Assembly (NCBI GenBank): GCA_002269645.1
Contig: NIVC01000029.1
Location: 930,001-994,000, forward strand
Origin: Macrostomum lignano
Taxonomy: Eukaryota
Direction of reading: 5' to 3'
DNA: 64,000 nt
The translations under genes were made by a program, and so were the position numbers. This document shows positions 23,401 through 38,400 of the stretch, piece after piece. The notes under the pieces are model-generated. The model made no database searches, had not been told where the DNA came from, and was given only the letters and a program-made list of their open reading frames with translations. How positions within the stretch are numbered: the stretch's first letter is position 1; every line of letters begins with the position of its first letter.

Positions 23401-26400
23401 GAGCGTTGTAACTTATTCTGTTTAATATATCATTCAGTACAATCGTGTTTTTAGTGGTTCTTGTATTCGATTTTGCGATTTTTTGATTAAGCAGACTTTT
23501 AGCTCAGCGCCCGTTAACGCATCTAGGGCCTCAATCATGAGACCAATCCCTAAGGCGCAGAATAGGTACACAAATGCTTGAAAAATGAATGATGCACAAA
23601 TGATGACTGAGAAATGATGAATGAGAAATGCAAGAATGAGGACTGAGAAAGTCAAGACCGCTGTATACCCATACCCTTTGTGTTGGCGTCCTGTGTACAT
23701 ATCCTTGTGTGTGTATTTGTGTCCGTGAGGAACATTTACTGACTAACTCCCTACACATTTGATCGTTGTAGCTGATGAACTCGTAGTAAAATTTCGAGAC
23801 ATTAATTTTAAAGATCAATTGAGAACCCTTTTCATCAATATCTATAATGTTTAGTAAACTGCTTCTTTGAGATCAGTTAGTACTCGTATGAATACATGTA
23901 CTTTTCAAAACATAAAAATGTTCCTTGGCTTGGCTTGTTTGCCTGGGCTAAAACCGATGGTGTGAGGAGAGCGCGCCAGTCCTAGCCTTGCCGTTGCTAT
24001 AGCAACCAATAAGCTCCCACTCTTTCCTCTCTCTCTCTTCTCTTCCACATTGCTCTGCTCCTCTTCAACCTGCTCACAATGCCCAACCAAAGCTCATTTC
24101 TGTCCAGTAGACTTCCATTCAGCTAGCCCAGGTGTCTCTGTAAGTGCGGTACCGCCAACCCCATGCTGTTGCTTGACAACGAGGCTCGTAAAAGGCAGGA
24201 AAGAATTGCTGGGCTAGTAAGGGGAGAGGAATAGGCTAATAGGAAAGGGCTTGGGGCTGATTGGAATCGCCATGGAGATGGGGCTGGAGGGAAAGTAAGG
24301 AAGAGCGCAGTGAATCTGCTTTGCAGGAAGCATACTTAATCGCCACTACGACAAAAAATTCTATTGAAATTTATTTGGACTAGGAAAACCTGCTGAGCAT
24401 TATAACTGAGCTACGTAGCATAGTGGCTTGATGAATTTTTCCGTTGAAAGATGCAACAATTTAGCAAAAACGATTCTAAATTTTGGTGCAAAGACACAAT
24501 AGCTAGTACTGCTAGTAGTCAGTCAATGTATCTAAAGTATTAAATTGAAATCAGAAACTCATTTCGTAAAATAACAAATTTACTTCTGCATCCCCGACTT
24601 CTCTAACCGTCACCAAGACCTGGTTCGAGATGGACCGCCGCATCACGGACAACGCTAACGAAGCCAAAGACAATGTGAAATTCTTGTACACATTGGACGA
24701 GCACTGCATGCCTCTGTACCACAGCGACCCGGTGAAGATGGTGGACATGATCCCGAAGCTGATCAACGGCATCCGCATGATTCACAGCATCTCCCGGTAC
24801 TACAACACGTCTGAGCGCATGACTTCGCTCTTTGTGAAAGTCACCAACCAGATGATCACAGCCTGTAAGAGCTACATAAGCCAGGGAGGTAGCGAGACAA
24901 TCTGGTCCCAGCCAACCGCTGACGTCATCTCGCAGCTGAAAGACTGCATTCGGCTGAACGAAGAGTACCAGGCCTGCTTCCAGAGGACCAAGCAGAAACT
25001 GGAGCAGATGCCCGGCGAGAAACGATTCGAATTCTCTGAGATGTACATCTTCGGCAAATTTGACACTTTCTGTCGTCGGCTGAAGAAGATTATTGAAATG
25101 TTTCAGACCATGGAGCTGTTTGCTCACCTGTCCGACTCCAAGATCGAGGGCATGGAAATGATGGCAGCCAAGTTCAACGTTATCGTCGTGGGCTTGAAGA
25201 AGAAACCGTACGACTTTTTGGACCAGCGCAGGACTGACTTTGACAACGACTTTGAAGATTTCAAGAGACAGATTCAGGAATTGCAGGTATGTCAGATTGG
25301 TCTCTTAAACACTAACAGTCAGTTCCACTGACAATTTAATGGCGCGATTAATTAAAATCTTTCAGGGCAGCATCCAAGGCTTCATGGACAGCCGGTTTGA
25401 GAAGCTGACCAGCTCGCAGCGAGCCATCCAAACGCTTAAACGATTCGAGCGTCTGAAGATACCACGCCTGGGCATCGACGAGAAGTACCAAAAAATCCTG
25501 GCATTCTACGGCAAAGAGCTGGAAGCCGCGGTGCGAATTTACAATAAAAACAAGGACGACCCGCCGATTGCTAGGGACCTGCCGCCTATCGGGGGCAAAA
25601 TTTGCTGGGCTAGGCAGCTTTTCCGTCGCATTGAAGAGCCCATGGTGCTGTTCAAAAAGATGCCCCACCTGCTACAGAGTGCCGACGGTAAGAAGCTGGT
25701 AAAGAACTACAATAAATTGGCTGAGGCGCTGGTAGCTTTCGAAATGCTTTACCATCGAGCTTGGATCAAGCAGTTGCAAACTGCTCAGGATGGTCTCAAA
25801 GCGTCGCTGCTTGTCCGGCATCCCGAGTCCAAGCGGTTGTTCGTCAACTTAGACCCGGAGATTCTCACGCTGATTCGCGAAACTGAACTGATGGTCAGAC
25901 TGGGGATGGACGTTCCGCTCGCTGCTCAGCATCTGAGAGCTCGTCAGGCGACGATCAAGAGGCACTATGACGAGCTGAACTCCTTGCTCGAAGACTATAG
26001 CCGTGTGTTGAGCACAGTGCCGCAAGAGTATGAGCCACTGATGGGCCCTCGATTGGGACGCCTAAGGAGAGCCTTGGAACCGGGACTAACAAGTCTCAAC
26101 TGGATGAGCCTGGCTACTGACAGCTACATCCGGGATGTGCGGGCTGACATGTGCGAACTCGAACTGCTCTTAGCACGGGCTAAAGATCTGCGTGAGTTCC
26201 GCATCGACCGCGTCCTGGAAGAGATGGCCAATGTCCGGCTGTGCGAGCTGCCGGACAGCGAGCCTTGGACTATCGACTCATTCGTCGAGCGCACTCAAAG
26301 CCTCTGCCAGAAGGGCGCCCAGCTTTTGCAAGTGAAAAGTGTCAATGTTGAGGAGGCTGTCAATGAGCTAATCAACATGCTTGTAGGCGAGGAGCTGGAC

Positions 26401-29400
26401 GATGATGACAGGTCAGAAATGGGTGCTGAAGAGTCGGAGGAACGCCAGCGGGAGGTGGAGAGTGCCGGAGAACGCCCTGCGCAGTTGGGTGGTCGAAGAA
26501 AGAAGGACGAAAAAGAGCAAATCGAGGAGGCTGCTATGGAGCTGCTGAACCACTTCAACCACCGCAACATGGACGCTATCGTCAAGGTGACAAAGAATAC
26601 ACTGGAGGCACTTCGCAAGCGAATTTCCGCATCTACTCTGATCTCTTACGACAAGGCAGCCAACACGCAGCGCCCATTTTTCCGCTGCTTCGCCACGCTG
26701 TCCATTCCACAGGTGGCGATGCACCCAACCACCGAAGAGGTTCAGCAGTGCGTTAACAAATCCTGTTACTGCATCATCAGCGTTAGCAAGGGCGTGTCCC
26801 AGTGGTCAAAGGAGCGAAAGACCACTCGAGAAAAGTTTAGCTATGACGAGGAGGACTTCGATTTCGATGGCGAGGTGACGACCGCCCGATCGGATGCGCG
26901 CCGACCGAGCATCGCGGCCAGCGTGGCTCACACCGATATCTCCGGTCAGTCGGACGGGGCCACATCTCGTGCTGGGTTCAGGTCGCACCGCGGCAGAACC
27001 GAAAGCGAGGAAGGTACATCTCAATATGCGGTGCAGATGCAGGCGAACAACTACTTCAAGAGCGTGTCGGAGAACAAAGAGGTCGCCAAATTGGCCTCTT
27101 TGTTGTCAGCGGCTATCAACAGTCAAAAGAAGGCCGTTCAGAGCGCTATGGAGCGCTTTTACATCTACCGATACATCTGGGAGCAGAATCGGGAGGAAGC
27201 TCTGCAAGAATTTGTGCAACAATCGCCCCGCCTCGGCGAGTACGAGGCCAAGATCTTGGACTTCGAGCAGAAGGAAGAGACGATCAATGCCGAGCCGCCC
27301 TCCTACGACTGCGGCCCGATCGCGATTTTCACAGAGAGGCTGAAGCTGGGCCTCCTAACTGAGACCAAAGCTTGGCGACTAATGTTCGGTCGGTCGTGCA
27401 ACTTGAAGTACAAATCCGAGATGGAGGACTTCTTCGCTTTCATGGATGACATTGAAAAGAAGCTTAGCCGGCCGATTAAAGATCTGGACGACATTCGAAT
27501 TGCTATGGCGGCACTGAAAGACATTCGCGAAAATGAGATTCGCATCGACATGGGCATCTCGCCGATTGAAGAATCGTACGCGATGCTATTTAAACATGAT
27601 CTACCGGTGCCTAAAGAAGAAGCCGAACGGGTGGATACTCTACGCTACACCTGGGAGAAGCTACGCGCTCACGGAATCGAGGTTCAAAACCATCTGGTGA
27701 CCATCCAGACGGACTTCAGGGATAACCTGGTGCACGAGGTTGTGGTCTTTAAGCAGGACTGCGCTGATTTCTACTCGGACTATGGCGGCAGCGGCCCCAT
27801 GGTGCCTGGGGTGCCGCCTAGGGAGGCCTCTGACCGGCTGGTGATCTTCCAGAACCGGTTCGACAACCTGCACCGGAAGTTCATTACATACACTGGTGGT
27901 GAGGAATTGTTTGGCTTGCCAGTCAGCGAGTACCCAGAGCTGCACAAGATCAAGAAAGAGCTCAACCTGCTCACTAAGCTCTACAGTCTGTACAACGACG
28001 TAATCAACACCGTAAATGGCTACTATGATATTCTGTTCACCGAAGTCGACATCGAGAAGATCAGCGGCGAGCTTCAAGAGTTTCAAAATCGTTGCCGAAA
28101 GCTGCCAAAGGCTCTGAAAGACTGGCCAGCATTTGCCGATCTCAGCAAGACAATCGACGATTTCAACGAGATGGTCCCGCTGCTGGAGCTGATGACCAAC
28201 AAGGCCATGAAACCGCGCCACTGGCAGCGAATGTCCGACCTCACAAAGCACAACTTCGAGGTGGAAAGCGATGGCTTTACTCTCAGGAACATTCTCGAGG
28301 CACCGCTTTTGAAGCACAAAGAGGAGATTGAAGACATATGTATCAGTGCTGGAAAGGAGAAGGACATCGAGGCCAAATTAAAGAATGTCATAGCCGAATG
28401 GAACAGTCACGAGTTCAAGTTTGGCACCTTTAAAAATCGCGGAGAATTGCTACTTCGTGGCGACCACACCGGTGAGATCATTAGCTTCATGGAAGACTCA
28501 CTGATGGTGCTCAGCTCCCTGCTGAGCAATCGATACAATGCGCCGTTCAAAAAGCTCATTCAACAGTGGGTGAGTAACCTGTCAAACAGCTCAGAAATCA
28601 TTGAGCAATGGATGACTGTCCAGAATCTCTGGGTCTACCTGGAGGCCGTATTTGTCGGCGGAGACATCGCTAAACAGCTGCCAAAAGAGGCAAAGCGATT
28701 CAGCAACATCGACAAGAGTTGGATAAAAATTATGACAAGAGCGCACGAGACCACTAATGTTATCCAGTGCTGCGTTGGAGACGAGACGCTTGCACAGTTG
28801 CTACCTCATCTGCTTGAGCAGCTGGAGCTTTGCCAGAAGTCCTTGACCGGCTATTTGGAGAAGAAGCGTCTGCTTTTCCCTCGGTTCTTCTTCGTATCCG
28901 ACCCAGCGCTGTTGGAGATCCTTGGCCAGGCCTCGGACCCGCACACCATCCAAGCTCACCTGCTGTCCGTCTTTGACAACATCAAAACGGTGAAGTTCCA
29001 CGAGAAGCAATACGAGACAATCACGACTTGCTATTCAAGCGAAGGCGAACAGCTGGAGCTGGAGAAACCAGTCAGAGCCGAAGGCAACGTTGAAGTGTGG
29101 CTGATGACGCTGATGCAGCAGAGCCAGCGCTCTCTGCATGGCGTAATTCGCACCGCCTACATGGCCATCAGCGACCAGAACTTCCAGATCCTTGAGTTCT
29201 TGGACATGTTCCCAGCGCAAATTGGCTTGCTGGGCATCCAGCTAATCTGGACCCGAGACTCCACAGAGGCGCTAAACATTGCCAAGTCGGACAAGAAAGC
29301 AATGACCAGTACTAATCAAGGCTTTCTGGACCTGCTGAATCTGCTCATTCAGCAGACAACTCGGGAGCTGAGCAAAGTGGAGCGCACCAAATTCGAGACT

Positions 29401-32400
29401 CTAATCACCATTCACGTGCACCAGCGCGACATATTCGACGATTTGTGCAAGCTGCACGTCAAATCGCCTACCGACTTCGAATGGTTGAAACAGACGCGAT
29501 TCTATTTCGTAGAGGACACTGACAAGTGTCTCATCAGCATCACAGATGTAGATTTCGAGTATCAGAATGAGTTTCTCGGCTGCACAGAGAGACTGGTTAT
29601 AACGCCCCTCACCGATCGCTGCTACATCACTCTGTCGCAGGCGCTGGGCATGTCTATGGGCGGAGCGCCGGCCGGACCCGCTGGCACAGGTAAAACAGAG
29701 ACCACTAAAGACATGGGCCGCTGCCTAGGAAAATACGTTGTAGTGTTCAACTGCTCCGATCAGATGGACTTCCGCGGCCTGGGCAGAATCTACAAGGTAA
29801 GTTATCCGGTTAGATCCGAGTGATCTAAATTTTGCATTCTAGAAACTCAAATACGTTTCATTACGTTTCATCATTAGTAAGTAGGTTAAAGCGTAATTTG
29901 TTTTTGCAAATCCCACTGTAACGCAGGGCTTGGCTCAATCGGGCAGCTGGGGCTGCTTCGATGAGTTCAACCGTATCGAGCTCCCGGTGCTGTCAGTAGC
30001 TGCTCAACAGATCGCCATCGTGCTCACCTGCAAGAAGGAGCGCAAAAAGCAATTCGTTTTCACTGACGGCGATCTAGTAGAGATGAATCCGGAGTTCGGA
30101 CTCTTCTTGACGATGAACCCAGGCTACGCCGGTCGTCAGGAGTTGCCGGAGAATCTGAAGATCAACTTCCGCACGGTGGCCATGATGGTGCCGGACCGGC
30201 AGATCATCATCCGAGTCAAGCTGGCCTCAGTTGGCTTCATCGACAATGTTGTACTGGCCAGGAAGTTCTTCACCTTGTACAAGCTGTGCGAGGAGCAGCT
30301 CACGAAGCAGGTCCGAGGGCACTCCGGCTAATGTGCCATCTCCACTGCACAGTATAGCTCATAACTCCTTAATCTTAATCCAGTCTAATCCCAATCCCTA
30401 CCCAACCTAATTCCAATCCCTACCCAACCTAATCCTAATCCCTACCCAATCTAATTCCAATCCCTACCCAACCTAATCCTAATACCTACCCAATCTAATT
30501 CCAATCCCTACCCAATCTAATTCCAATCCCTACCCAACCTAATCCTAATACCTACCCAATCTAATTCCAATCCCTACCCAACCTAATTCCAATCCCTACC
30601 CAACCTAATCCTAATCCCTACCCAATCTAATTCCAATCCCTACCCAACCTAATCCTAATACCTACCCAATCTAATTCCAATCCCTACCCAACCTAATCCC
30701 AATCTAATCTCAATCCCTACCCATTCTAATCCTAATCCCAATCCCTACCCAACCCAACCCCAATCCCTACCTAATTCAATCTTAGTGTCCACTCAATCAA
30801 ATTCCAATCCCTACTCAAGCTCGATCTCCCAGCTCCACAACCTAGCAACCGCAAATCGCAACCAACCTGATGCAGGTGCACTATGACTTCGGTTTGAGAA
30901 ACATCTTGTCGGTACTCAGAACCCTTGGCGCCGTGAAACGGTCCAACCCGAACGACACCGAGCAGACAACCGTGATGCGGGTGCTCCGGGACATGAACCT
31001 GTCCAAACTGGTCGATCAGGATGAACCGTTGTTTTTGTCGCTAATTAACGACCTTTTCCCAGGTAAAAATTGGTTGCATTTATTGGCTGACGCTTTCCCA
31101 AACAATATTTAATCTTGCATGGCTTCGAATTAATTGCAGTTGCATATGCTTATGAGAATGCCTATCTTTGAAGTGCTCTCATTGTAATCATTTCTTAGAC
31201 AAAGACTTGCATAACTTTGTACAGTTTAAATGTAGGCTCTAAAACACAATCAACTTGACGATACTCTTTCCAGAGCTGTTTATGAAAGGTAAGCGAATTT
31301 ATTGTTTTTAACTGTTTTGATCCAAAATCACGATATTTATTTTTAAAAATCAAAAACGCATTTTTACTCGTGTGCCGTGCTTCCTATTGAGTTTGATTCA
31401 CTTGTTTGCAGTTGAAAAATGATTTTTGAGTAAAAATTCATATTTTGTAGGCCTATGCTGACGATCAATGAGCTAATCAAAGAGAAATGATAAAACTAAT
31501 AAAATGATAATAATTTAAAGAATTTGCACGTCTTTTATCATCTGAAAAATTTATTTTTCAATCATCGTAAAGAACGATGTCTGCCTGAGCTTCTAAAGTA
31601 AAAGTTTAGTTGTCGGAAGTGGCGAATGAAGCAGAACCGGTTTTAAAAAATTATTCACCCCATTCGTCGTTTGGATGATCCACTTCCATTTTGGCCTCAC
31701 TTGACATCCCCAAGTTGACTAGTAAGAAATTCAAAATTTGTTTGTTCCCCAAAAGAGTGCCGCAAACTGTTGTACAGTGCATCACTTATTCGTCCGGAGT
31801 GACTTCTAGGCCGAAAGGCCCTGATAATCCATGGAGGCGTCGCTTTTTAACCGTAACATATGGGAACTCTTGGAACTTTCCCCCAGGCATCCAGCTCGAC
31901 AAGGCCGGCTACCCGCAGCTTGAGGCAGCCATCAGTCAACAGGTTCAATCGGCCGAGCTCATCAACTGGGACTCCTGGAACCTGAAGCTCATCCAGCTGT
32001 TTGAGACGCAGCGAGTCCGTCATGGCATGATGACGCTCGGACCGTCGGGCGCCGGCAAGACCTGCTGCATCCACACGCTGATGAAGGCCATGACGGACTG
32101 CGGTGAGCCGCACCGCGAGCTCCGCATGAACCCGAAGGCCATCACGGCGCCGCAGATGTTTGGCCGGCTCGACGTGGCCACCAACGACTGGACAGACGGC
32201 ATCTTCTCCACGCTGTGGCGCCGCACCCTCAAGGCCAAGAAGGGCGAGCACATCTGGCTGGTGCTGGACGGCCCCGTGGACGCCATCTGGATCGAGAACC
32301 TCAACTCGGTGCTGGACGACAACAAGACGCTGACTCTGGCCAACGGCGATCGAATCCCCATGGCGCCGAACTGCAAGATCATCTTCGAGGTGCACAACAT

Positions 32401-35400
32401 TGACAACGCGTCGCCGGCCACCGTGTCCCGTAACGGCATGGTGTACATGTCCAGCTCCGGGCTCAACTGGAACCCCCTGCTCAGCGGCTGGCTGCTCAAA
32501 CGTCCAGCATTTGAGCGTGACCACTTGTTCCCATTGTTTGAAGACTCGTTTCCGGACATCCTGCTATTCGCCACACAGTTCCTAACGTTTAAGATGAGCG
32601 TCCTGGAAGCATTCATTGTTCGCCAGTGCTGCGACCTGCTCGAAGGTCTGATTCCCCGGCGGGAAGAGAAAGAGGGCGCGATGAAGCCCGAGTTTTATCG
32701 CAGGCTGTACGTCTTCGTGATCATGTGGTCGATTGGCGCGCTGCTTGAGTGGGAGGACCGCAACAAGCTTGAGCAGCACATGCGCAGTCTGAAACTGGAC
32801 CTGCCTGTCTACCCTGCCGACTCCGACAACACCATGTTCGACTTTCTGGTCAGCGAGACTGGCACCTGGCAGCACTGGGAAGAGAAAGTGGAGGAGTTCA
32901 CTTATCCAACTGACAGCACCCCCGAGTACGGGTCCATCTTAGTGCCGAATGTCGACAACGTTCGCACCGAGTTTCTCATCCACACCATTCACAAGCAGGA
33001 GAAGCAGGTGCTGTTGATAGGAGAACAGGGAACAGCCAAGACAGTGATGATCAACAAGTTCCTGGCCAGATTTAATCCGGAAGAGCACATGAACAAAGCG
33101 TTGAACTTTTCAAGTGCCACCACGCCGATGATGTTCCAGCGAACCATCGAGAGCTACGTGGACAAGCGCATGGGCTCGACCTTCGGCCCGCCAGCTGGGC
33201 GCAAGATGACTGTCTTCATCGACGACATCAACATGCCGATCATCAACGAGTGGGGCGACCAAATCGCCAACGAGATAGTCCGACAGCTGATGGAGAACTC
33301 GGGCTTCTACAATCTGGAGAAGCCAGGCGACTTCACCACGCTTGTTGACATGCAGTTCATGGCGGCCATGATTCACCCTGGCGGTGGCCGTAACGACATT
33401 CCTCAGAGACTGAAGCGCCAGTTCAACATCTTCAACTGTACTCTGCCGTCGAATCCCAGCATTGACAAGATCTTCAGCGTCATCGGCTGCGGACACTATT
33501 GTCAGGAGCGCGGTTTCTCAGACGAGGTTCGAGCGCTGATCGCTCGTCTGGTGCCGCTGACTCGGCGGCTGTGGCAGCTGACTAAGATCAAGATGCTGCC
33601 AACGCCAGCCAAATTTCATTACGTGTTCAACTTGCGCGACCTGAGCCGAATCTGGCAGGGCATGATCAACACAGTCAGTGACGTAGTCAAGGACGTGGCC
33701 ACCGTGTTCAGCTTGTGGAAGCACGAATGCTGCAGAGTGATTTCTGATAGGTGAGAACGGGATTTCTGAATGAATGAGCTCAATCAATAAGCAAAAGTTT
33801 ATGGAACTAATTTCGACACTTCCAGATTTACCACCTACGACGATGTCAACTGGTTCACCCGAACGATGTCCCGAGTGGTTGTCGAGGACATGGGCGAGGA
33901 GGTTGGCAAGCTTGTGGAACCGACGCACTATTTCGTAGATTTTCTAAGGTACATTTTAGCATTAAAGAACTGTTCGATTACGTGTAGCCCAGTATTCATT
34001 GACACCTAACTAAGGCGTTCGAAGCATGAAACGCGGAGTATTGATCCCTGTATCATCACACAGACTAATACAGAGAAAATAGGACAGAGAAATTCCGCCC
34101 CGAATTCCCAAGAGAGGTCTTCTCAAGATGAGTCCGAAGGCTTTCGCTGAGTCCATTAGAGGCATTGCGGGTCGATATAAAAAAGGTCTCGACTTAAAAA
34201 GCCTTCTGGGAGTATTGTGAGTCTGCGTTTTGAACGAAGCTCTCACTATCACCAAAAGTTTAGCCCTAAGCCCACGAGCCTATTGAGTTTCACTGTGTGG
34301 CCTAATCAACGTTGAAAGGGTCATTCATCGCTGACACTTCATCAAGGCTACTTGTCCTTTTCATCTGTACACATTGACATAGCCAATGGTGCCTTAATCG
34401 ATTAACAATTTTAATGACTTTTTCTGCAGAGACGCCCCAGAAGCAACTGGTGATGAGCCAGACGATGCAGACTTCGAGATGCCTCGCGTTTACGAGCCGG
34501 TAACTTCCTGAACTCTCTTTTAGTTGCTCTGGGAATGCTATCTGTTTTTTAATAAAACATTAAAAATTCGAAAAACCGTTCCAGATTCCAACATTCGACT
34601 TCCTGGCCGAGAGGCTGCGCTACTTCATGGGCCAATACAACGAGAACATACGCGGAGCTGGCATGGATCTCGTCTTCTTTCAAGACGCCATGACTCACCT
34701 GGTGAAAATCTCGCGTATCATCAGCACACCGAGGGGTAACGCGCTGCTAGTGGGCGTCGGTGGATCCGGCAAGCAGTCGCTGACTAGACTGGCGTCCTTC
34801 ATTGCTGGCTACAACACCTTCCAAATTACGCTGACTCGCTCCTACAATGTTGTCAATCTGATGGAGGACCTGAAATTCCTTTACCGAACAGCTGGTCAGC
34901 AGGGCAAGGGAATTACTTTTGTCTTCACGGACAACGAGATAAAAGACGAGAGCTTTCTGGAGTACCTCAACAACGTGTTAGCCTCCGGTGTCGTTTCTAA
35001 TCTGTTTCCTCGCGATGAAATGGACGAAATCTGTCAGGAGTTGATCAGCGTAATGAAAAAAGAGTTTCCAAGGCGGCCGCCAACAAACGAAAACCTGCAG
35101 GAGTACTTCCTCTCGAGGACGCGACAGAATTTGCACGTAGTGCTCTGCTTCTCTCCCGTCGGTGAAAAGTTCCGCAGTCGAGCACTGAAGTTTCCGGCCC
35201 TGATTTCCGGGTGCACCATGGACTGGTTCCAGCGCTGGCCGCGGGACGCACTCGTTGCTGTGGCCGATCACTTCCTGTCTAGGTTCCCGCTGGTGTGCTC
35301 GGACACTGTGAAGCAAGATCTCATCCAAACAATGGGAGTTGTGCACGACGGAGTGGCTGAGAGCTGCGCGGAGTACTTTAATCGTTATAGGCGCAGCACT

Positions 35401-38400
35401 CACGTGACACCCAAGTCCTACCTTAGTTTCCTTCAGGGCTACAAGAAGATTTACGAAGAGAAACTTGAGTTCTTCCAGGGCCTCGCTGGTCGAATGGACA
35501 GTGGTCTGGAGAAGCTGCTTGAAGCTCAGGAGTCGGTAAAGGTACTCAGTGAAGAACTAGTAGTGAAGGAGAAGGAGCTCGAGGTAGCTAATAGGGAAGC
35601 AGAAGAGGTGTTGAAGCAGGTAGCAGTTCAGCAGCAAGCTGCTCAAGAAATCAAAAACAGAGTTCAAGTTGTTAAAGATCGAGCCCAGGCTATCGTTGAC
35701 TCTATTGCCCAGGACAAAATCATCGCCGAAGGCAAGCTTGAGGCCGCCAAACCAGCTCTTGAGGCTGCTGAAGAGGCATTGAATACCATTAAACCGGCTG
35801 ACATCGCCACAGTACGCAAGCTGGGTAAGCCGCCGCATCTCATCATGCGCATTATGGACTGCGTGTTAATCTTGTTCCAACGTCGACTGGACTTGGTGGC
35901 GCCGGACCCAGAGCGGCCTTGTGTGAAGCCAAGCTGGAGCGAGTCCTTAAAGCTCATGTCCAACACCGGCTTCCTCAGCATGCTGACGCAGTTCGCTAAA
36001 GATTCCATGAACGAGGAGAGCATCGAGTTTCTGATGCCGTACATTGACATGGAAGACTACAATTTGGAGACGGCTAAGCGGGTCTGCGGAAACGTTGCTG
36101 GTCTGCTGTCGTGGACTAAGGCTATGCAGGAGTTCTTCTGGATTAACAAAGAAGTAATGCCGTTGAAAGACAACCTGGCAAAGCAGGAGGTTCGACTTAA
36201 GAAAGCTAACGACGACCTGGCAGCTGCTCAAGCCACTCTGGATGAGAAGGAGGCCGAGCTTGCTAAAGTCCGAGCGGTCTATGAAGAGGCGATGCGCAAG
36301 AAGCAAGCTTTGGAGGACGATGCCGCAGCTTGTCGGCGCAAGATGAGCGCAGCGGAGCAGCTCATCACCGGTCTCGCTGATGAGAAGGAGCGCTGGACGC
36401 GTCAGAGCAAAGAGTACAAGTCTCAAATCGGCAGGCTCGTCGGTGACGTCCTCATGGCGACCGCTTTCCTGTCCTACTCTGGCCCATTTAATCAGGACTT
36501 TCGGCTGCTGCTGAACAGAAACTGGCAGAAGAACATGAAAGACAAAAAGATTCCATACAGTGAAAACCTCAACCTCATTGAAATGCTAGTGGAGGCTACA
36601 ACCATTGCCGAGTGGAACCTGCAGGGTTTGCCGAATGACGAATTAAGTACAGAGAACGGAATTATTGTCACTCAAGCAAGTCGCTATCCCCTGCTCATTG
36701 ATCCGCAGGGACAGGGAAAGATCTGGATTAAGAACCGAGAGGCGGTGCGAGAGCTGCAAATTACCTCACTGAACCACAAGTACTTTAGACAGCACCTAGA
36801 GGACGCTCTGTCTCTGGGCCGGCCGCTTCTAATCGAGGACATCAACGAAGAGTTGGATCCCGCACTCGATAATGTGCTTGAGAAGAACTTCATTAAACAG
36901 GGATCAACGCTTAAAGTCAAGGTTGGCGACAAAGAGGTTGATGTACTGAAAGGATTTTCGCTCTACGTGACAACTAAGCTGCCCAATCCAGCCTACACCC
37001 CGGAACTTTATGCTAGAACAAGCATAATCGACTTCACGGTGACGATGAAGGGCTTAGAGGATCAGCTGCTTGGTCGCGTGATCAAAACAGAAAAATCTGA
37101 ACTCGAAGAACAGAGAGTACAGCTAATGGAGGACGTAACGAATAACAACAAAATTATGAAAAATCTTGAAGACACTCTGCTCTTCCGACTAACCAGCACG
37201 CAAGGGTCTCTTGTTGATGACGAAGAGCTGATTGGTGTACTCAAAGAAACTAAAGTGACGTCCGCGGATGTCAAACAGAAAATTGAGACTGCCAAAGATA
37301 CTCAAATTAAGATCGCGTCAGCTCGCGAAGAGTATCGGCCCGTGGCGTCCCGAGGTTCGATTCTCTACTTCTTGATCACCGAGATGTCTATGGTTAACGT
37401 TATGTACCAGACCTCATTGAGGCAGTTCCTCGGCCTGTTCGACCTTTCGATGGAGCGTTCGTCGAAGTCTCCAATCACTACAAAGCGAATCACTAACATC
37501 ATTGACTACATGACCTTTGAGGTGTGGAAATACGCGGTACGGGGTCTGTACGAAGAGGATAAGATGACATTTACCCTGCTGCTTACTCTGAAGATCGATA
37601 TGCACGGAAAGAAGGTCAAGCACGAAGAATTCCAGACGCTGATCAAAGGTGGTGCGTCTCTCGATTTGAACGTAGTGCAGCCTAAGCCGCACAAGTGGAT
37701 TCTGGACTCCACTTGGCTCAACTTAGTCGAGCTGTCGAACTTGCATCAGTTTTCTGGCATTTTGGACCAGATCACACGAAGCGAGAAAGCCTGGAAGCAG
37801 TGGTTTGATAAGGAAGCCCCTGAAGAGGAGATCATACCAGATGGCTATAATACAAACCTGGACGCCTTCAGGCGACTTCTGCTCATTCGATCATGGTGCC
37901 CCGATCGTACTATATCGCAGGCTAAGCGGTACATCGCCGACAGTTTGGGTGAAAAGTTTGCGGAGGGAGTCATTCTAGATGTGGAAGCCGTGTGGGAGGA
38001 ATCCGAGCCGCGAACGCCGATGGTAGGCCTGCTGTCAATGGGTTCGGACCCCACTACGAGCATTGAACTGCTGGCCAAGAAGCACAAAAAGGAGTGCAAG
38101 GCCATCTCTATGGGCCAGGGACAGGAGATACATGCTAGACGGCTCATGTCTAATAGCCTGCAGAATGGAGGCTGGGTTCTACTTCAGAACTGTCATTTAT
38201 CCCTGGATTACCTCATGGAAGTGATGGATCAACTAGTTGAAGCCGAGACAGTGCACGAAGACTTTAGCTTGTGGGTCACCTGCGAGGTGCACCCCAAGTT
38301 TCCGATTTCCTTCCTCCAGCAGTCCATCAAGTTTACAAACGAGCCACCCCAGGGCGTGAAGGCGGGTCTAAAGCGAACCTTCACGAGCTTCACGCAGGAC

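Noticed and set aside
23769-23810. CTGATGA followed by a short stem, hammerhead-ribozyme-like
   Set aside because: The required GAAA after stem II and stems I/III are absent. A similar near-match at ~34127 also fails.
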